Source of the DNA: Camelus ferus
Taxonomy: Eukaryota
Assembly (NCBI RefSeq): GCF_009834535.1
Contig: NC_045698.1
Span: 24,428,001 to 24,492,000 of the forward strand
Length of the DNA: 64,000 nt
Reading direction: 5' to 3'
Shown here: positions 48,501 through 62,251 of the stretch, piece by piece
Layout: every line of letters begins with the position of its first letter
Numbering within the stretch: the stretch's first letter is position 1
Notes under the pieces: generated by a model
The model's database searches: none
What the model was told of the DNA's origin: nothing
The model's input: only the letters and a program-made list of their open reading frames with translations
Made by a program: the position numbers and the translations under genes

Positions 48501-50749
48501 AATAATATAACATAATACAATATATTCTTTCAATCAAGCACTTATTTACAAACTTCTAGTGAATTCCTATTATAAGCTATTTTTCTGTGCTAGGTGCTAG
48601 CAATTTAAGATTAAAGACTTAGTCCTAACTCTCTATTTGTTAAAAATATTAAAAATAATCCAGACACAGTGCTTTGGATTCTTAGGAAGGAAAAGTAGTA
48701 TAAATAATCAGGGGAAAATTTTTTAAAAGCAGACTGCATAAGGGAAGTAAAATTATAAAGGGGTTAGTGTAAAAATATGTCCAAGCATATTGGACATAAA
48801 ATAAAATAAATAAAATATGTATTGAAAATAAATGCAAGAACCATCATTTTTATGGAAAAAATAATTTTGCTTATATTTGTTGCTTGGTAGAAGATAGAAG
48901 TATTTTTAAAATTCACCAGCTGTAGTAGAGTAACTATGGATAATAGTCACCCAAATTGTCCCAAACTAAGTAAACAAAGGACATAATAAGGAGAAATGAG
49001 AAGGCAACAAAAGTACCTGTAAATCTGAACAAGTCTCTGTGAAATAAGACAAAGTATTAAATAAATTTTCATGATGGTTACAAATAGAGGCTTAGTGATG
49101 GGAGAAAAAAAACTGGATCGCCTATAATTAAGCCAAATACACATCCCTCTTTTTAAAACAATTGTTAACGATTTAAATGATTAAACCTTCTGAAAAGGAT
49201 TTGGATATAAAGAAAACCCAGTGATCCACTCAAAGAATCCCTGTGGGAAGAGGTTCTAGAAGCTCTCTACCAAGTTTCCCATCACACTCTGCCCTGCGTG
49301 GGAGAGCCAGTTCCATTGGATCTACCACAATCACACTTATTCAATACTAGAGGAAAATCTAATTCTAACACCACGTTTATCGAGAAGGGAAAAGTCCAAT
49401 GGGAACAGATCATCCCTTTCTGGCACAAATGTGGTTTTGTTCCTGACCGTCCAGAGATTGACAACAGTCCTACAGGCCTGGTCCTGCCCAGTGGCTCGCA
49501 CACTGTGCCTCTGTAAATCTCTTTTCCTATTCACATAGGAAACTCTGAGATTCAGCAGACTGTGTGGCTCTTGGCCTCTCACAATCTGGACAGTAGATTT
49601 GTTGGCATCAGCAGTGGGAAAAGCTAATTAAGCCTTTAGCCAACTCTCAGGCCAGAATGAATTTACTGTTTGATTACAGCATTGTTACTGTGACTTATTA
49701 CTTCTTTGCACTAGAGAAATGATCACAATTGCTAATTTTGTTCTAAATCCAGGATCTGTCTTTCTCAGGAATAGGATGTTTATGTGGGGTACATATATAT
49801 AATTTAGTTGTATAAATTATATGTAAATTATATATATGATTTAGAAGTAGGATCATACGCTCTAGAGCTCCTTTTGTCCTTCCTTTTTTTTTTTTTTCCT
49901 TGATGAGGGAACAGTGGTTCAAGTGACCACAGGAATTAGAAAGAACTTGGACTGAAGAAAAGATGATGGACAAATTGATGTCTGGATCAAAATTGCACTT
50001 TGATGTTAAAAAATGAATGTAACAATATTCTGTCCAAACTGGTTTGCAACTTCTAGGCTTAATGTGGTTGGAACTCAAAAGCACATGGAAGATAGCATTT
50101 CTACCACACACCAAGGATATTTTGGTCATTAAGACATCTAAAGGTTTACATTTAGGAGGATCTTAACTGACCCTTAACAGTACATTGATATGGTCATTGG
50201 AATGGATTTAAAATGGGAAGTAAGAAAGATCATACTTTTTGTCAAAATCTCATCTTAAAAAATTTCCAGCTTAAATATGGGCCCCACTCTCTCCCAGTTG
50301 TGATAACTTTTTCTATGATGGTGATGCATCTAAGAGTGTTCTAGAAAACTCTTGAAAAAGCTGACAAATTTAGTAGTTATATTTAAAGTCAATGTTATTT
50401 CTGAAATCTGGATTTAAAAAAACATAAATAGAAATGATTATATATTTTAAAAAAGTTCCACTATATTATCTTATTAAACATCATTCTATTCTTACGTGTT
50501 AAAAATATTACTCAGACCTTCAGAATAAATCTCTAGTTAAAACTTAATTCACCAGAAGCCACCAATTAGAACTCCATTTAAATTGTTTATGTTTTTCTCT
50601 ATAGTCTACTTTTATGAGTCAAATCACAAGAAAAAACCCACTGAGTTCATGAATTGATTTATTTACATATTTATTCACACTTACATATTTATTTGTGTAT
50701 TTACAAAGCAGATGGTGTATGGTCAATCTTCCTCCTTCCTTCACTTTCC

Positions 50750-51358
50750 TTCTTCCCTTCCTCTTCTGAGTCATATTTATTTACTGAACACCAATTGTGT
50801 CCCAACCTTTGCCACATGGCAGCAATACAATGGTGAACAAGGTAAGCTAGGTTCCAGGGCTGATGGAGGTTACAGTCTGCTGGGAGTATAAACAAGCAAG
50901 CAGAGAATTCCAGTAGTCCTGTGACAGGGAAGACACTGAGCGCTCAGGGACCACAGAGGAGAGATGTTCTTCTCAGACTTGGAGGTTAGGGCAGTGACAT
51001 TGAAGCTGACAGCTGAGAGATCAGTAGCAGTTGCTAGCCAAGGAAGGCAGAAGAATCTTATACCTGGAGGGCACTGCATGTGTGAAGGCTCAGGGGTAAG
51101 GGAAATAACACAATCTTTGAGAAATTGTAAGAATAGATATAATTGAAAGACCAGCCTGGAGTGGCGGCAGGGGAAAGCCAAGAATGGAGACAGAAAACTG
51201 ACCGATCAGAAGGCTAGTAAGAGTTATGCAAGCTAGGAATCACAGGGTTTGAGCTGCAGTAGTGGCTGTGGGGTGGAGCATAGTAGTTGATTTCCAAAAA
51301 TATTTGAAAGGTAGGATTAATAGGAGGCTTTGAGTTGTGCGCATGCGTGCACGTGCAC

Positions 51359-51413
<55 letters not shown>

Positions 51414-51720
51414 TGGGGCTGTGGAGGAAGAATGAGAGGAAGAAATTAAGCATGACCATAGAATTTCTGGTTTTGGCAATATGACGACATGATGATGCCT
51501 GAGATACAGAAGGCAAGAGGTGAGGATGTAGGAGAGACTGTGAATTCAATTTAGTGAGAAATTAGCATCAAAATAACTAGTAGACAGTTGGCTCTATGGT
51601 TCTGAAAGTGAGAAGAGCTATCATAGTTGGGGATGCAGAATTGGCAATGTAAGAACAATTATTAAAGCTAGAAGAGTGTGTGAGGCCACATGAGAAATAT
51701 ACTAGAGAAAAAGCTTAGAA
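50750..51720 (-). mobile_element. L2 fragment
   Basis: tatttactgaacaccaattgtgtccc...aatacaatggtgaacaagg...gactttggaggttagggcagtgacattgaagctga-like...tttctggttttggcaa. Confidence 0.7.
51363..51412. repeat. (TG)25 microsatellite
   Basis: Perfect run, directly visible. Confidence 0.97.
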
Positions 51721-54492
51721 TTTAGCTGGTTACCTGTCTGTTCCGATAATAAATAGGTAACAATCATGTATCCAATGAGCTGTCAGTGTTCTCTCCTTGG
51801 GACTTCTCATCTGTAGAGGTTTCAGATTATGACACCCTCGCCCCTCCACCGCCCACCACCGCCTACAGTGTCTTGTAGAAACAGCCGCTTGGGAGAACCA
51901 TTCAGATCCCTGGCTCCATTAGATATTGGCTCACGTCACACCAAAAGCATGTTTGGCTCAGTGCTTCACCGAGTTTGTTCCTGGGTGCCACAGAGGTGTA
52001 GACAGCTGTGGAAGGAGTCAAACTATTTGGATTCACGTTGCTTTAAAAGCTGCCACTTTCCCTCTGCAAGGTCATGTCAGTTACACTCAGCTATCAGGTT
52101 TCAAGCTAGGGACACAACCTAGGATTACATCTGCCTTCAAGCCATAGAACTGTTCATCCCTTTTCTATTCCTCTCTCATAGTCTACGGACCTTCAGTACA
52201 GAGCTCCAGACTTTTCATTAAATTGTAGACATCAAATTGCTCTAGAAAAAAAGCTGATGGCAAAGGTGTATGTGTATGATTGTGGGTCTCTTGTGTTTAA
52301 GCGATACTAGAAGGGAATGGTGCTTGCTAAGTTTAAAACCAAGCAAGTTATCCAGAAAAGCAAATAAATTACTCATCTTTATTTCTTGAAAAACCAACAT
52401 GCTTTCTAAGAACACCCAAAACTATTGAAAAGATGAAAGGGGTTCATTAGAAACACAGTGGAATATATCAATCAGAAGAAAGTGTAGCCATCTACATTCA
52501 ATGACATTTCCAGACAAATCCCAGGTGAAGTCTATCGATGATAGCCTTGCAACTTTTGTCCACATCAGAGTTTAGAAATTCATTTTGGGGAAAATGATTT
52601 CGAAATAATGTAAGTACTATAGAAACCTATATAATTCAAGTTGGTAAAATAAATATGAAGAAACATACACAGTTCAATAAATTGAAAGTACAAGCATGTG
52701 ATGGAATGCTTTGGGGGTGACGAAAAGCCAAGAGGAAAAAGAAAACAGAAAAATTGGTTTTGCCAGAAAATGGTCAGGAAGCTGGGATTCTGCTTGCATG
52801 ATAGTGAATATCAACACTTAGAAGACCTTGCCTGTTAAGTTCCTAAGGAATAAAGAACTATCACACACAATAAAATGCTGTGAGGATTAATGAGTGTGTG
52901 TTTGAAGCCTTGCAAAGAGTCCAGATGAAAGACACTGTACACAAAACATTTATATTATTTATTAATCTAACCATGGCTAAAAGCCCAGCAATACCACACA
53001 AAAAAAGCATTTTTCCACGTGAAGGAAATTGAACTTCAGAGAAAGGAAGACAAGTGCTTAGTGTAACTGATACATCCCAAATTTTCCACTTCTAGATTTT
53101 ATTGATGGCTATAATATTTTCTTATACAACTCCCTGAAATCTAAACAATTAAAGAGTTTCTTTCCTCCTTATTAAACTGATTTGTTCTAAAGTCACAGGA
53201 CAGGGTTCAGCTTTTCCCTTCATTTCTATGTGATGCATCAGCACATGCCTTAGGAACTGCGGAGGGAACACAGTGTGTTTGCCCAGACCATTCTCAGGCA
53301 TAGCCAAAGCACTCAGATTTTTATGTGGGGATAATTAGCAATAGAAAAAAAAACAGAAGAGTGCAGGGCACCTTAGTGCAGACATAGAACATTAGTGTTG
53401 CAATGACCAAAAGTTCCAGCATTTTAGTTTGTAATTTGCCCAATAGTAGTACTGTAATGTGGAATCAAGGATGGAACTATTGCCCACTGGTTACTTGGGC
53501 ACAGAGTGATGTATCAGTAATGACCTTGACTGTTGCTAGAACATGTTTATAATGTTCTTCAAAGGCAGGTATGTCTGCTGGCTGATAGTCTCAGTTCAGG
53601 TTCCAAACAGGAAAGGATGCCTTCTAAAAGGAGTTTACACAGACGAGTGGAGAAATCAAAGATAATATACTACCAAAGGGAACATGTCATCAAAGAGGGC
53701 ACAGATAGGAACCATTTAGGATGGAGAGAGGCAGAGACCTGCTCTATCACATGACAATTGCTGTTACCTTGTAAAGGCAGCACCAATTCTTTTCCAGAAT
53801 GAATTACTAGGCAGACAGACTCTTCCATAGAAATTATTGATGAACTCTCTGAATGTACAGAATTGAAGAATTGTGGGTGACTCTAAGGTCTCTGAATCAA
53901 GAAGTAGATGTCCCCACAAGATGGCCTGGGAGCTTCAGAGTAAGGCTGAGAGTGGCCAAAGGACAGGTTCTTGTCTTGGATACAGAGGATAAGAGGCATT
54001 GCTAGATTCTTAGGTTAAAGAAGAAAAATTGATATGAAACTCACTTTAAGCTTTACAAGTCATCATTTCCAAGTAGAGAGTATGGTCCAGGCATTCTTAC
54101 AAGTCTGTTAAGATCTTATTCAAATAACACGTGAACTGGGTGGTCCTTCCCCAATTATTCAAAGGAGATTATGGGTGGCCAGTAGGGATGAGATCAGGTA
54201 AGAAATAACCTTATGACAGTCTGTGTTAATGAGGTGTGGTAATGACTGAGGGGGCTGCATGTTTCAGAAAGATTCCACTTCTTTATTTCTTTTCTCATCT
54301 GTAAAATAAATATGGAAAATAGTCTTTACTTTATATGAGCCCTAGGAAGATCAAATGAGAGAATGCACATTAAATGTCATCATTGTTATAATTAACAGCA
54401 TTATTATTTTATTATTATCTCTTAAAATTTTTGGAGGGGAGTGTAGAAAGTGTTTTCCTTCTTTCCTTCTAGGTTTTTTGGCTGGCCTAATA

Positions 54493-56782
54493 CAGGCATA
54501 CACAGGAAATATGCAGGTTCTNNNNNNNNNNNNNNNNNNNNNNNNNNNNNNNNNNNNNNNNNNNNNNNNNNNNNNNNNNNNNNNNNNNNNNNNNNNNNNN
54601 NNNNNNNNNNNNNNNNNNNNNNNNNNNNNNNNNNNNNNNNNNNNNNNNNNNNNNNNNNNNNNNNNNNNNNNNNNNNNNNNNNNNNNNNNNNNNNNNNNNN
54701 NNNNNNNNNNNNNNNNNNNNNNNNNNNNNNNNNNNNNNNNNNNNNNNNNNNNNGTCTTGCTTTGGTGTTGATGGCTGCTGACTGATGAAGGCAGTGGTTG
54801 CTGAAGGCTGGAGTGGCTAGGGAAATTTCCTAACAAAAGAGAACAATGAAAATGGCCACATCAATTGACTCTTCCTTTCACAACAATTTTTCTGTTGTGA
54901 AAAAGCTGTTTGACAGAATTGGAGTCAGTCCTTTCAAACCCTCCTGCTCCTTTATCAGCTAAGCTTATGTAATATTCTAAATCCTTTGTTGTCATCTCAA
55001 CAATCTTCACATTGTCTTCACCAAGAGTAATTCCATCTCAAGAAACTACTTTCTTTGCTCACCCATGAAAAGTAACTCCTCATTCATCTTATCATGAGAT
55101 TACAGCAATTCAGTCACATCTTTGGTCTCCACATCTAATTCTCATTTTCTTACTATTTCCACTACATCTCAGTTAATTCCTCCATTGAAGTCTTGAACCC
55201 TTCAAAGTCATCATGAGAATTGGAATTAAATTCTACCAAGCTCCTATTAATGTTGATATCTTTANNNNNNNNNNNNNNNNNNNNNNNNNNNNNNNNNNNN
55301 NNNNNNNNNNNNNNNNNNNNNNNNNNNNNNNNNNNNNNNNNNNNNNNNNNNNNNNNNNNNNNNNNNNNNNNNNNNNNNNNNNNNNNNNNNNNNNNNNNNN
55401 NNNNNNNNNNNNNNNNNNNNNNNNNNNNNNNNNNNNNNNNNNNNNNNNNNNNNNNNNNNNNNNNNNGTAGGCATGGAAACCACATGAGATTCATTGCCCA
55501 TCTCCATGAGCGCTCTTGGGTGACCAGATGCTTTGTCAATGAGCAGTAATATTTTGAAAGGAATATTTTCTTGTGCAGTGGGTCTTAACAGTGGGCTTAA
55601 AGNNNNNNNNNNNNNNNNNNNNNNNNNNNNNNNNNNNNNNNNNNNNNNNNNNNNNNNNNNNNNNNNNNNNNNNNNNNNNNNNNNNNNNNNNNNNNNNNNN
55701 NNNNNNNNNNNNNNNNNNNNNNNNNNNNNNNNNNNNNNNNNNNNNNNNNNNNNNGCATAACCCCTAACAAGAGAGTCAGCCTGTCCTGTGAAGCTTTGAA
55801 GCTAGGTATTGACTTCTCCTTTCTAGCTATGAAATCCTACACAACATCTTCTTCCAATATAAAGCTGTATCATATACATTGAAAATCTGTTGTTTAGTGG
55901 ATTCACCTTCATTCATAAACTCAGCTATATCTTCTGGATAACTTGCTGCAGCTTCTACAGCAGCAGTTGCTGCTTCATCTTGCACTTTTCTGTGATGGAG
56001 TTGGCTCCTTTCCTTCAATCTCGTGAAACAACATCAGCTGGGTTCACACTTTTCTTCTGCAGCTTCCTCGTCTCCCTCAGCCTTCATAGAATCGAAAAGA
56101 GTCAAGGCCTTGCTCTGGATTAGACTTTGACTTAACGGGATGCTGTGGCTGGTTTGATCACCTCACCAGACCATTAAAATTTCCTGCACATGAGCAATAA
56201 GTCTGTTTTACTTTCTTAGCATTCCTGTGTTCACTGGAGAAGATCTTTTCCTTTCCTTCCAAGAATTTTTCCTTTGCATTTANNNNNNNNNNNNNNNNNN
56301 NNNNNNNNNNNNNNNNNNNNNNNNNNNNNNNNNNNNNNNNNNNNNNNNNNNNNNNNNNNNNNNNNNNNNNNNNNNNNNNNNNNNNNNNNNNNNNNNNNNN
56401 NNNNNNNNNNNNNNNNNNNNNNNNNNNNNNNNNNNNNNNNNNNNNNNNNNNNNNNNNNNNNNNNNNNNNNNNNNNNNNNNNGGAGAGAGGGAGAGATGGG
56501 AAAGGCCAGTAGGTAGAGCATTCAGAACACACATAGCATTTATTAAGTTCTTGGACTTTTATGGGCACAGTTCATGATGCCCCCAAACAATTACCATAGT
56601 AACAGCAGAGATCATTGATCACAGATCACCATAACAAACGTAATAATAACGCAAAAGTTGGAAAAATTGTGAGAGACAGCAAGTGCACAAATGCTGTTAG
56701 AAAAATGGCACTGCTAGGCTTCCTCAATGTGGGGTTGCTACAAACCTTCAACCTGTAAAAACCGCTGTATCTGTGAAATCTG
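54493..56782 (-). mobile_element. Near full-length Tigger1 DNA transposon with a decayed pogo-like transposase; four N runs
   Basis: TA|caggcatacacaggaaatatgcaggttc terminus; minus-strand peptides KERSQLH..EAAASYPED..KQQIFNV..TALYWKKM, DDFEGFKTSMEE and NAKEKFL match Tigger1 transposase; frameshifts and stops present. Confidence 0.92.
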
Positions 56783-58169
56783 TATGAAGATAACAAAATG
56801 GTCATTTTTTTTTTCCATTTTGAAGAGAAAGTTTTGGCCTTTGAACAGTGTCTGATTAATTTGTGAATAAAGCATTTTTTATTCCCTTAATATATATTTT
56901 TCATTTATAGTGATTCTATCTCTTGCCAAATCATATAAAAAGGTTAGTAAACATTTCTGTAAGAAATCAACTCTAAGGTTTATATCCTGGTTGTGTTAGC
57001 AGCAATAACGCTTCTTCAAGAGTGCATTACTCACATTGGACATAACTCTTAAAAGGCTATGCCCATCTGTAGTGAGAAAACTTGGTAGCAATGTGAGTGC
57101 GAATTAGAATGGAGATGTTTTGTATTTATCATTCTATCTCCTGGCTTTCTACCTATGCTGCTGCCTGCTGGGAAAATCTTTACTTTGCCCTGTAATAATT
57201 AAGTCTGATTCAGTTTTACTTCATCAGTTTTCACTGAGACTACATCCATATTTTCTAATCTTCTTCTCTGACTTTCTGCTGCATTCGAAGTCAGGTTGCA
57301 TTAGAGACTTAGAAACTATCACAGTCCACATACTCCCACTAAAGTGGCTGGGGAAAGTGGTGAGGGGTGAGAGGTGGCTGCTTTGTCCTAACAAATTGCC
57401 TCCCTTATTCATCCCCTTTAACAGCTAGAACTGGGAAGTCATTGCTCAGGGCATACTAAGTTGTTGGTGTTAGAACTATTCTTGATAGCGCAATGTTTCT
57501 ACCCAGCATATTCCATCTGTTTTATTCAAATGCCTACTGGCCATGCAGTGTTTGAAAAGGTTGCTGGCAGCTCTTCTCAGGTACGAATCAAAAGAACAGT
57601 CCGAAATTGCTTTTAATGGACAATGATTCCAAGTGGGCCTTGATAAAATGCTGAAGCAGTTTCATGTGTATAATCAAATAGCCAATAAATAACCCAAGCT
57701 TTCAACTTGTATTGATGACAACAGAGGATGTCTGAGTTCATAGTTTTTGCCTGATTTTTCAGCTAGGTAAGAAAATTGGCCAACTGATTTAATTTAAAGG
57801 TAAGGTAGGTGGTAAAAAGAAGTTTCTTGGAACCCTACAAAATCAGCATCACCAAGGGTGATAATTGAGTCAGCCTACAATCGACCTGTTTGTTGTTTCT
57901 CCCTGTGAGTTTCAGAGTTTCCTGAATTTCTCTCAAGAGTTCTACAGATTTTATAATGTTTAATTAAAAGAGCATTACCTTCCCATGGTGTATACACTCA
58001 TAAAAAGAGTTCCAGTCATTGTAATGGAACAAAAATTATTTGATTCTGCAGAGCCTTGCCTAAGCCAGATTAAACAGAGGTAAACACAATAGTGGGATGT
58101 TTCTGGCTCACAAGGAGAGACCACTCTCAGCTTCTATTGTTAAAGATGTTCTAGAAAAACATTGTCATA

Positions 58170-58385
58170 ACATAGCAAAATAATGGCAATAATGAACATT
58201 AATTTTTTGGTAAGATTCAGAATAAATGCTTAGCACCTCAATGCACTGAATCATTCAAACCTTACAACACATCCATGATGAAGGTACTTTAATTGTCCTC
58301 ATTTTGTATATGAGGAAACAGGCTGGCAAGAGGCAGAGAAGGAAAAGAGGATTAAGTCTGCCTGGCCTAAAGCCTGTACACTTAA
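58170..58385 (-). mobile_element. MIR SINE
   Basis: aatcattcaaaccttacaac...gtcctcattttgtatatgaggaaacaggct...agtctgcctggcctaaagcctg. Confidence 0.65.
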
Positions 58386-58999
58386 GGACTAGTTACTGCC
58401 CATACACCCCAGAGAAAGCCCTGGATGGCTGTGAAGATGGCACAGGTAACCACTCCAATATGGGTGGGGTTCTGCTTAAGGGCCATGACGACTGCTAGCA
58501 ACAATTCAATTCCAATATTTTCTCAGCACCCAACTGAATCATTTATGTTATGGTTGAGGGGACAGTGGTTTGTTACTCCTCAGATTTATGTGATAGAGAT
58601 GCACACAGAGGGAAGATGGTGAAGCTAAAAGAGCAAGGGACTGAGAGTCATGCCACCTGGATTTGGGATTCACTTTTTCCACTAATTAACTGTGTGCATA
58701 TGAGCAAGCCACACTACCCTTTGGCACATCAGGTTATGTTATATTTGTCTGCTGGACAGGAAAAGACTACTGGTGATTGCTTTTTTTACTGGGCAGCAGA
58801 GATTTACATAAACTTTCTACTTCTAAAAACTCTTTGTAAGAATTTGGGGGCAAGAGAATTTAGCGAGTTTAACCTGTGGAGTTTGTTCAGTTCTGGCCAC
58901 ATTAGACCTTAAGTTCTCCAGGACAGGGTCTACCCCTGCTTAGTTATTTTTTTGGAAGTATATACAAGATAGTCTTTTTAGTAATGTTACTGGATAATG

Positions 59000-59885
59000 A
59001 CAGAAATAAATTGTGGGGGTAGAGGGCAATAGAGTATGTATGAAACAATAGTTTTGGACATTGGACAGCAGGTAGTGCATGACAGTAAGTCCTGAAAAAA
59101 GGTAAACAAATGAGGTCAACCTTATGGATGCTACAGCTTACTCCCTAGAGCAAGTTTCCAGGCCACAGTACAGAGTTCAAGAGAGCCCAGCCATCTCCCC
59201 AAGTTGAGGGAGAAAGAGTTGCGAATTCAGGGAGACCAAGATGGCTAGAATTTGCAGGCGAGGAATTTGCCTCTCCTCAACCCAGAGAGAAGAACTTCAA
59301 GGAGAGGAGATAGTGGGAGGAGGGGGAGAGAGTGATCACACTACGCTGGAGATGAGGGTTCCACTCAAGTCTTTGGTTGAGTGTTGATCAAGGCACACAT
59401 GTAGGGAAACTACTAAGAACTGAAAGAACCACAGAAAAGAAACAAGGGCAATAATTGGAATAATTCCTCATATAGGCCTGGGGATAGTTTGTGTTTCCAG
59501 TAGCCAAAGTGAAAAGACCTTCTAATATGCAAGGCACCAAGTAATGTCCTGAAAAAGGTATTGCTTCAGAAGTAGGATCAATTTAACCTGGACTAAAAGT
59601 GTTTTGTCCCATCCAGCAAAGCTTAAAGCCAGGACTTGAAAGGATAAAACTGTTTCCAAGTAAATAAACTAAGTATTAAGAGCAAAGTGTAAAAATATTT
59701 TAAATAAATACAACAATATCCAACACCTGAAAGTTTAAAATTCACCATGTCTGGCATCAGATATCCAATCAAAAACTACTCAGCAGACAAGCAGAATATG
59801 ACTCATCATCAGGAGAAAAACTGATCAGTATAAACACACCCAGAAATGACCCAGATGATAGAATTAGTCAACAAGGACAGACATC
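59000..59885 (+). mobile_element. Ancient L1 5' region (L1M4/L1ME-type, upstream of ORF1)
   Basis: gttgcgaattcagggagaccaag, gaaaggataaaactgtttccaagtaa, ttcaccatgtctggcatc and cagaaatgacccagatgatagaattag. Confidence 0.6.
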
Positions 59886-59887
59886 AG

Positions 59888-60575
59888 TATTTTTTTGGAT
59901 ATGTCTCCTCAGGCAAGGGAAGCAAAAGCAAAAATAAACAAATGAGACTACACCAAACTAAAAAGCTTTTGCACAGTGAAAGAAACCATCAACAAAACAA
60001 AAGGCTAAGGAGGTGGGGGGTGGGGGGGTGGGGGGGCTGGGGAGGTGGGAAGGGGCAGACTGGGATTTCAAAATGTAGAATAGATAAACAAGATTATACT
60101 GTATAGCACAGGGAAATATATACAAGATCTGTGGTAGCTCACAGCAAAAAAGAAAATGCAACAATGAATATATCTATGTTCATGTATAACTGAAAAATTG
60201 TTCTCTACACTGGAATTTGACACAACATTGTAAAATGACTATTACTCAATAAAAAAAAGTTAAGAAACAAAAACAAAAAAGACTGCCTACTGAATGGGAA
60301 AAGACATTTGCAAACAATGTATCTGATAGGGAATTAATATCCAAAATATACGAAAAATTCATAGAACCCAATGTCAAAAAAATTAAAAAAAACAATTAAA
60401 AAATAGACAGAGGACCTGATTGAAAAATAAGCGGAGGATCTGAATAGACATTTTTCCAAAGAAGACAAACACATGGCCTACAGGCACATGAACTGATGCT
60501 CAGTATCACTAAACATCAGGGAAATGCAAATCCAAACCCCAATGAGATATCACCTCACACCTGTCAGAATGGCTA
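59888..60575 (+). mobile_element. L1 ORF2 3' fragment, interrupted by a younger L1 tail
   Basis: caaactaaaaagcttttgcacagtgaaagaaaccatcaac ... gaatgggaaaagacatttgcaaac ... gatatcacctcacacctgtcagaatggc (peptide MQIQTPMRYHLTPVRMA). Confidence 0.85.
60004..60281 (+). mobile_element. Young camelid-type L1 3' tail nested in the older L1, with a G-rich 5' tract
   Basis: G tract, then gcagactgggatttcaaaatgtagaatagataaacaagattatactgtatagcacagg...aataaaaaaaag; flanks aacaaaacaaaag / aacaaaaacaaaaaag act as a TSD. Confidence 0.85.
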
Positions 60576-62251
60576 TCCAAAGCAAAATTAGTGTGAAAGC
60601 CTACTTGGAAAAATTAATTCTTCTGGGAGATTTTTTTCCTTCCTCTGTTACCCAGATTAAGAAGACCGTATTCTCTTGCTATCCTCTTTTGCATTTATTT
60701 CCTCTTTAATCTAGCACTGAGAGGTTTACCCTTTGAGATTTCAGGTTTACATAGAGTTTTCCTATTAGATTCCTTAGAGACCTCCTATCTCCCATACCCC
60801 ATACCAACCGCAGACAACCATGTCCAAGAGGAAGCCCCAAATCTTTACATTTGGCAGAAATCATCACAGCAAAGCTGGTTTTACTTTATTCACTTACTCA
60901 CCAGGAGTTCCACTTACACTTTGTTTTGTGAGATAGGCAGATTCCTTACTTTTGTGATAACTGAACATCGCATTTTTAAATGATGCTTTTTATTTATTTT
61001 ATTTTCCTCAGCTTTTTAGTTGTCTCCATCAAATGGATCACTCGGTATCTAATCTGCCATATTACTGGAAATGGGAGTCTACTATAAAATTATAAATTAT
61101 TTAGTATATTCTCAGCTATATATTATTTTATTCATACCAAAAATGGCCCATTAGTTAAAGTGAGGAAGCATGAGGCATATTCAACTTAAAATAAAACTTA
61201 ATGAGGAGTAGGAAAGTGACCATATATTTGCCACTTTACTTCAAGAGGCTTGTGAATAACTCTATGAGTTGTATTTGGTCAGTTAGCATGTAGATATAAA
61301 ATCATCTCTAATATTTTAAAAATCTACATTAAAGAGTAAAATATGATAAGTAAATGTGATTTGGCCTTTCATTCAATGGTAGGAAATGTTATTCATATCT
61401 TTAATGAATCATTTACAGAAAAATGGTTGAAATTTTTAAACCTCTAAACTAATCATTTGAAACAAAGCAGATATAAAAAATAGACCAGTTGATTTTTCTT
61501 TTTTTTGTAAAGCAAAGTGGAATAATTCAAGGTTAAGGTAACATTTTTTTTCTCCATTTCAGTGCAATAAGACAACTCAACTTTAGTCTACATTTTTATG
61601 CTTGACATCAAAACCGAATATAATATCCTTTAGAATAAATTTGCCAATAAATCGTGCATTTCTTCTCTTAAGTGATTTAAAGCACATTAAACCGTATGCA
61701 TCTCTAATTAGCTGTTAAAAAGTCATATTTAATGTTCTCATATATCATAAAGATCAATTTATTCATCTTTAGTTTTAAAATCTAGAATATTTTTATTTCA
61801 TCACATTTAATTTTATTGCAAACAGACACATTAAAATGATTCTTAATGTGGCTCTCAGGATTATGGATAACAATGAAAAGAGTCTGGGAACCAAAACTGA
61901 AGGGAAAAACTGCTGTACTCAAGAGTCCCCAGCTATACACATAGAGATCTTTTCTCTGACAGAGTTGGAAATTGAGAAGTGGGGAAGGTAAATGCATCTG
62001 GTGAGGAGCAGCATGGGGAGCAGGGAGCAGATTGCTGGGTCATCCCAAAGGTGGGAAGTGAAACTGTCTTCACACCCACAGGGACAAAGAGATAACTCTG
62101 CTGTCAGAACAGCATTGACTGCACTGTACATTGACCTACCCTCTTGCTCACCTGGACTTTATTTTCCATGCAGGGAGAGGTGAGGACTAGGCGAGCATCT
62201 GGCACGACTCTCCTCTTTATTTCTGCTCTTTACAATAGACCCCCGTTACTT

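Larger units (their letters stand above)
6831..56481. other. Seven N runs (6831-6984, 7001-7158, 22423-22725, 54522-54753, 55265-55466, 55603-55754, 56283-56481)
   Basis: Lengths 154, 158, 303, 232, 202, 152 and 199 nt; all lie inside L1 or Tigger1 copies. Confidence 0.95.

Noticed and set aside
6795-56577. ORFs containing long X runs
   Set aside because: Artefacts of translating through N runs
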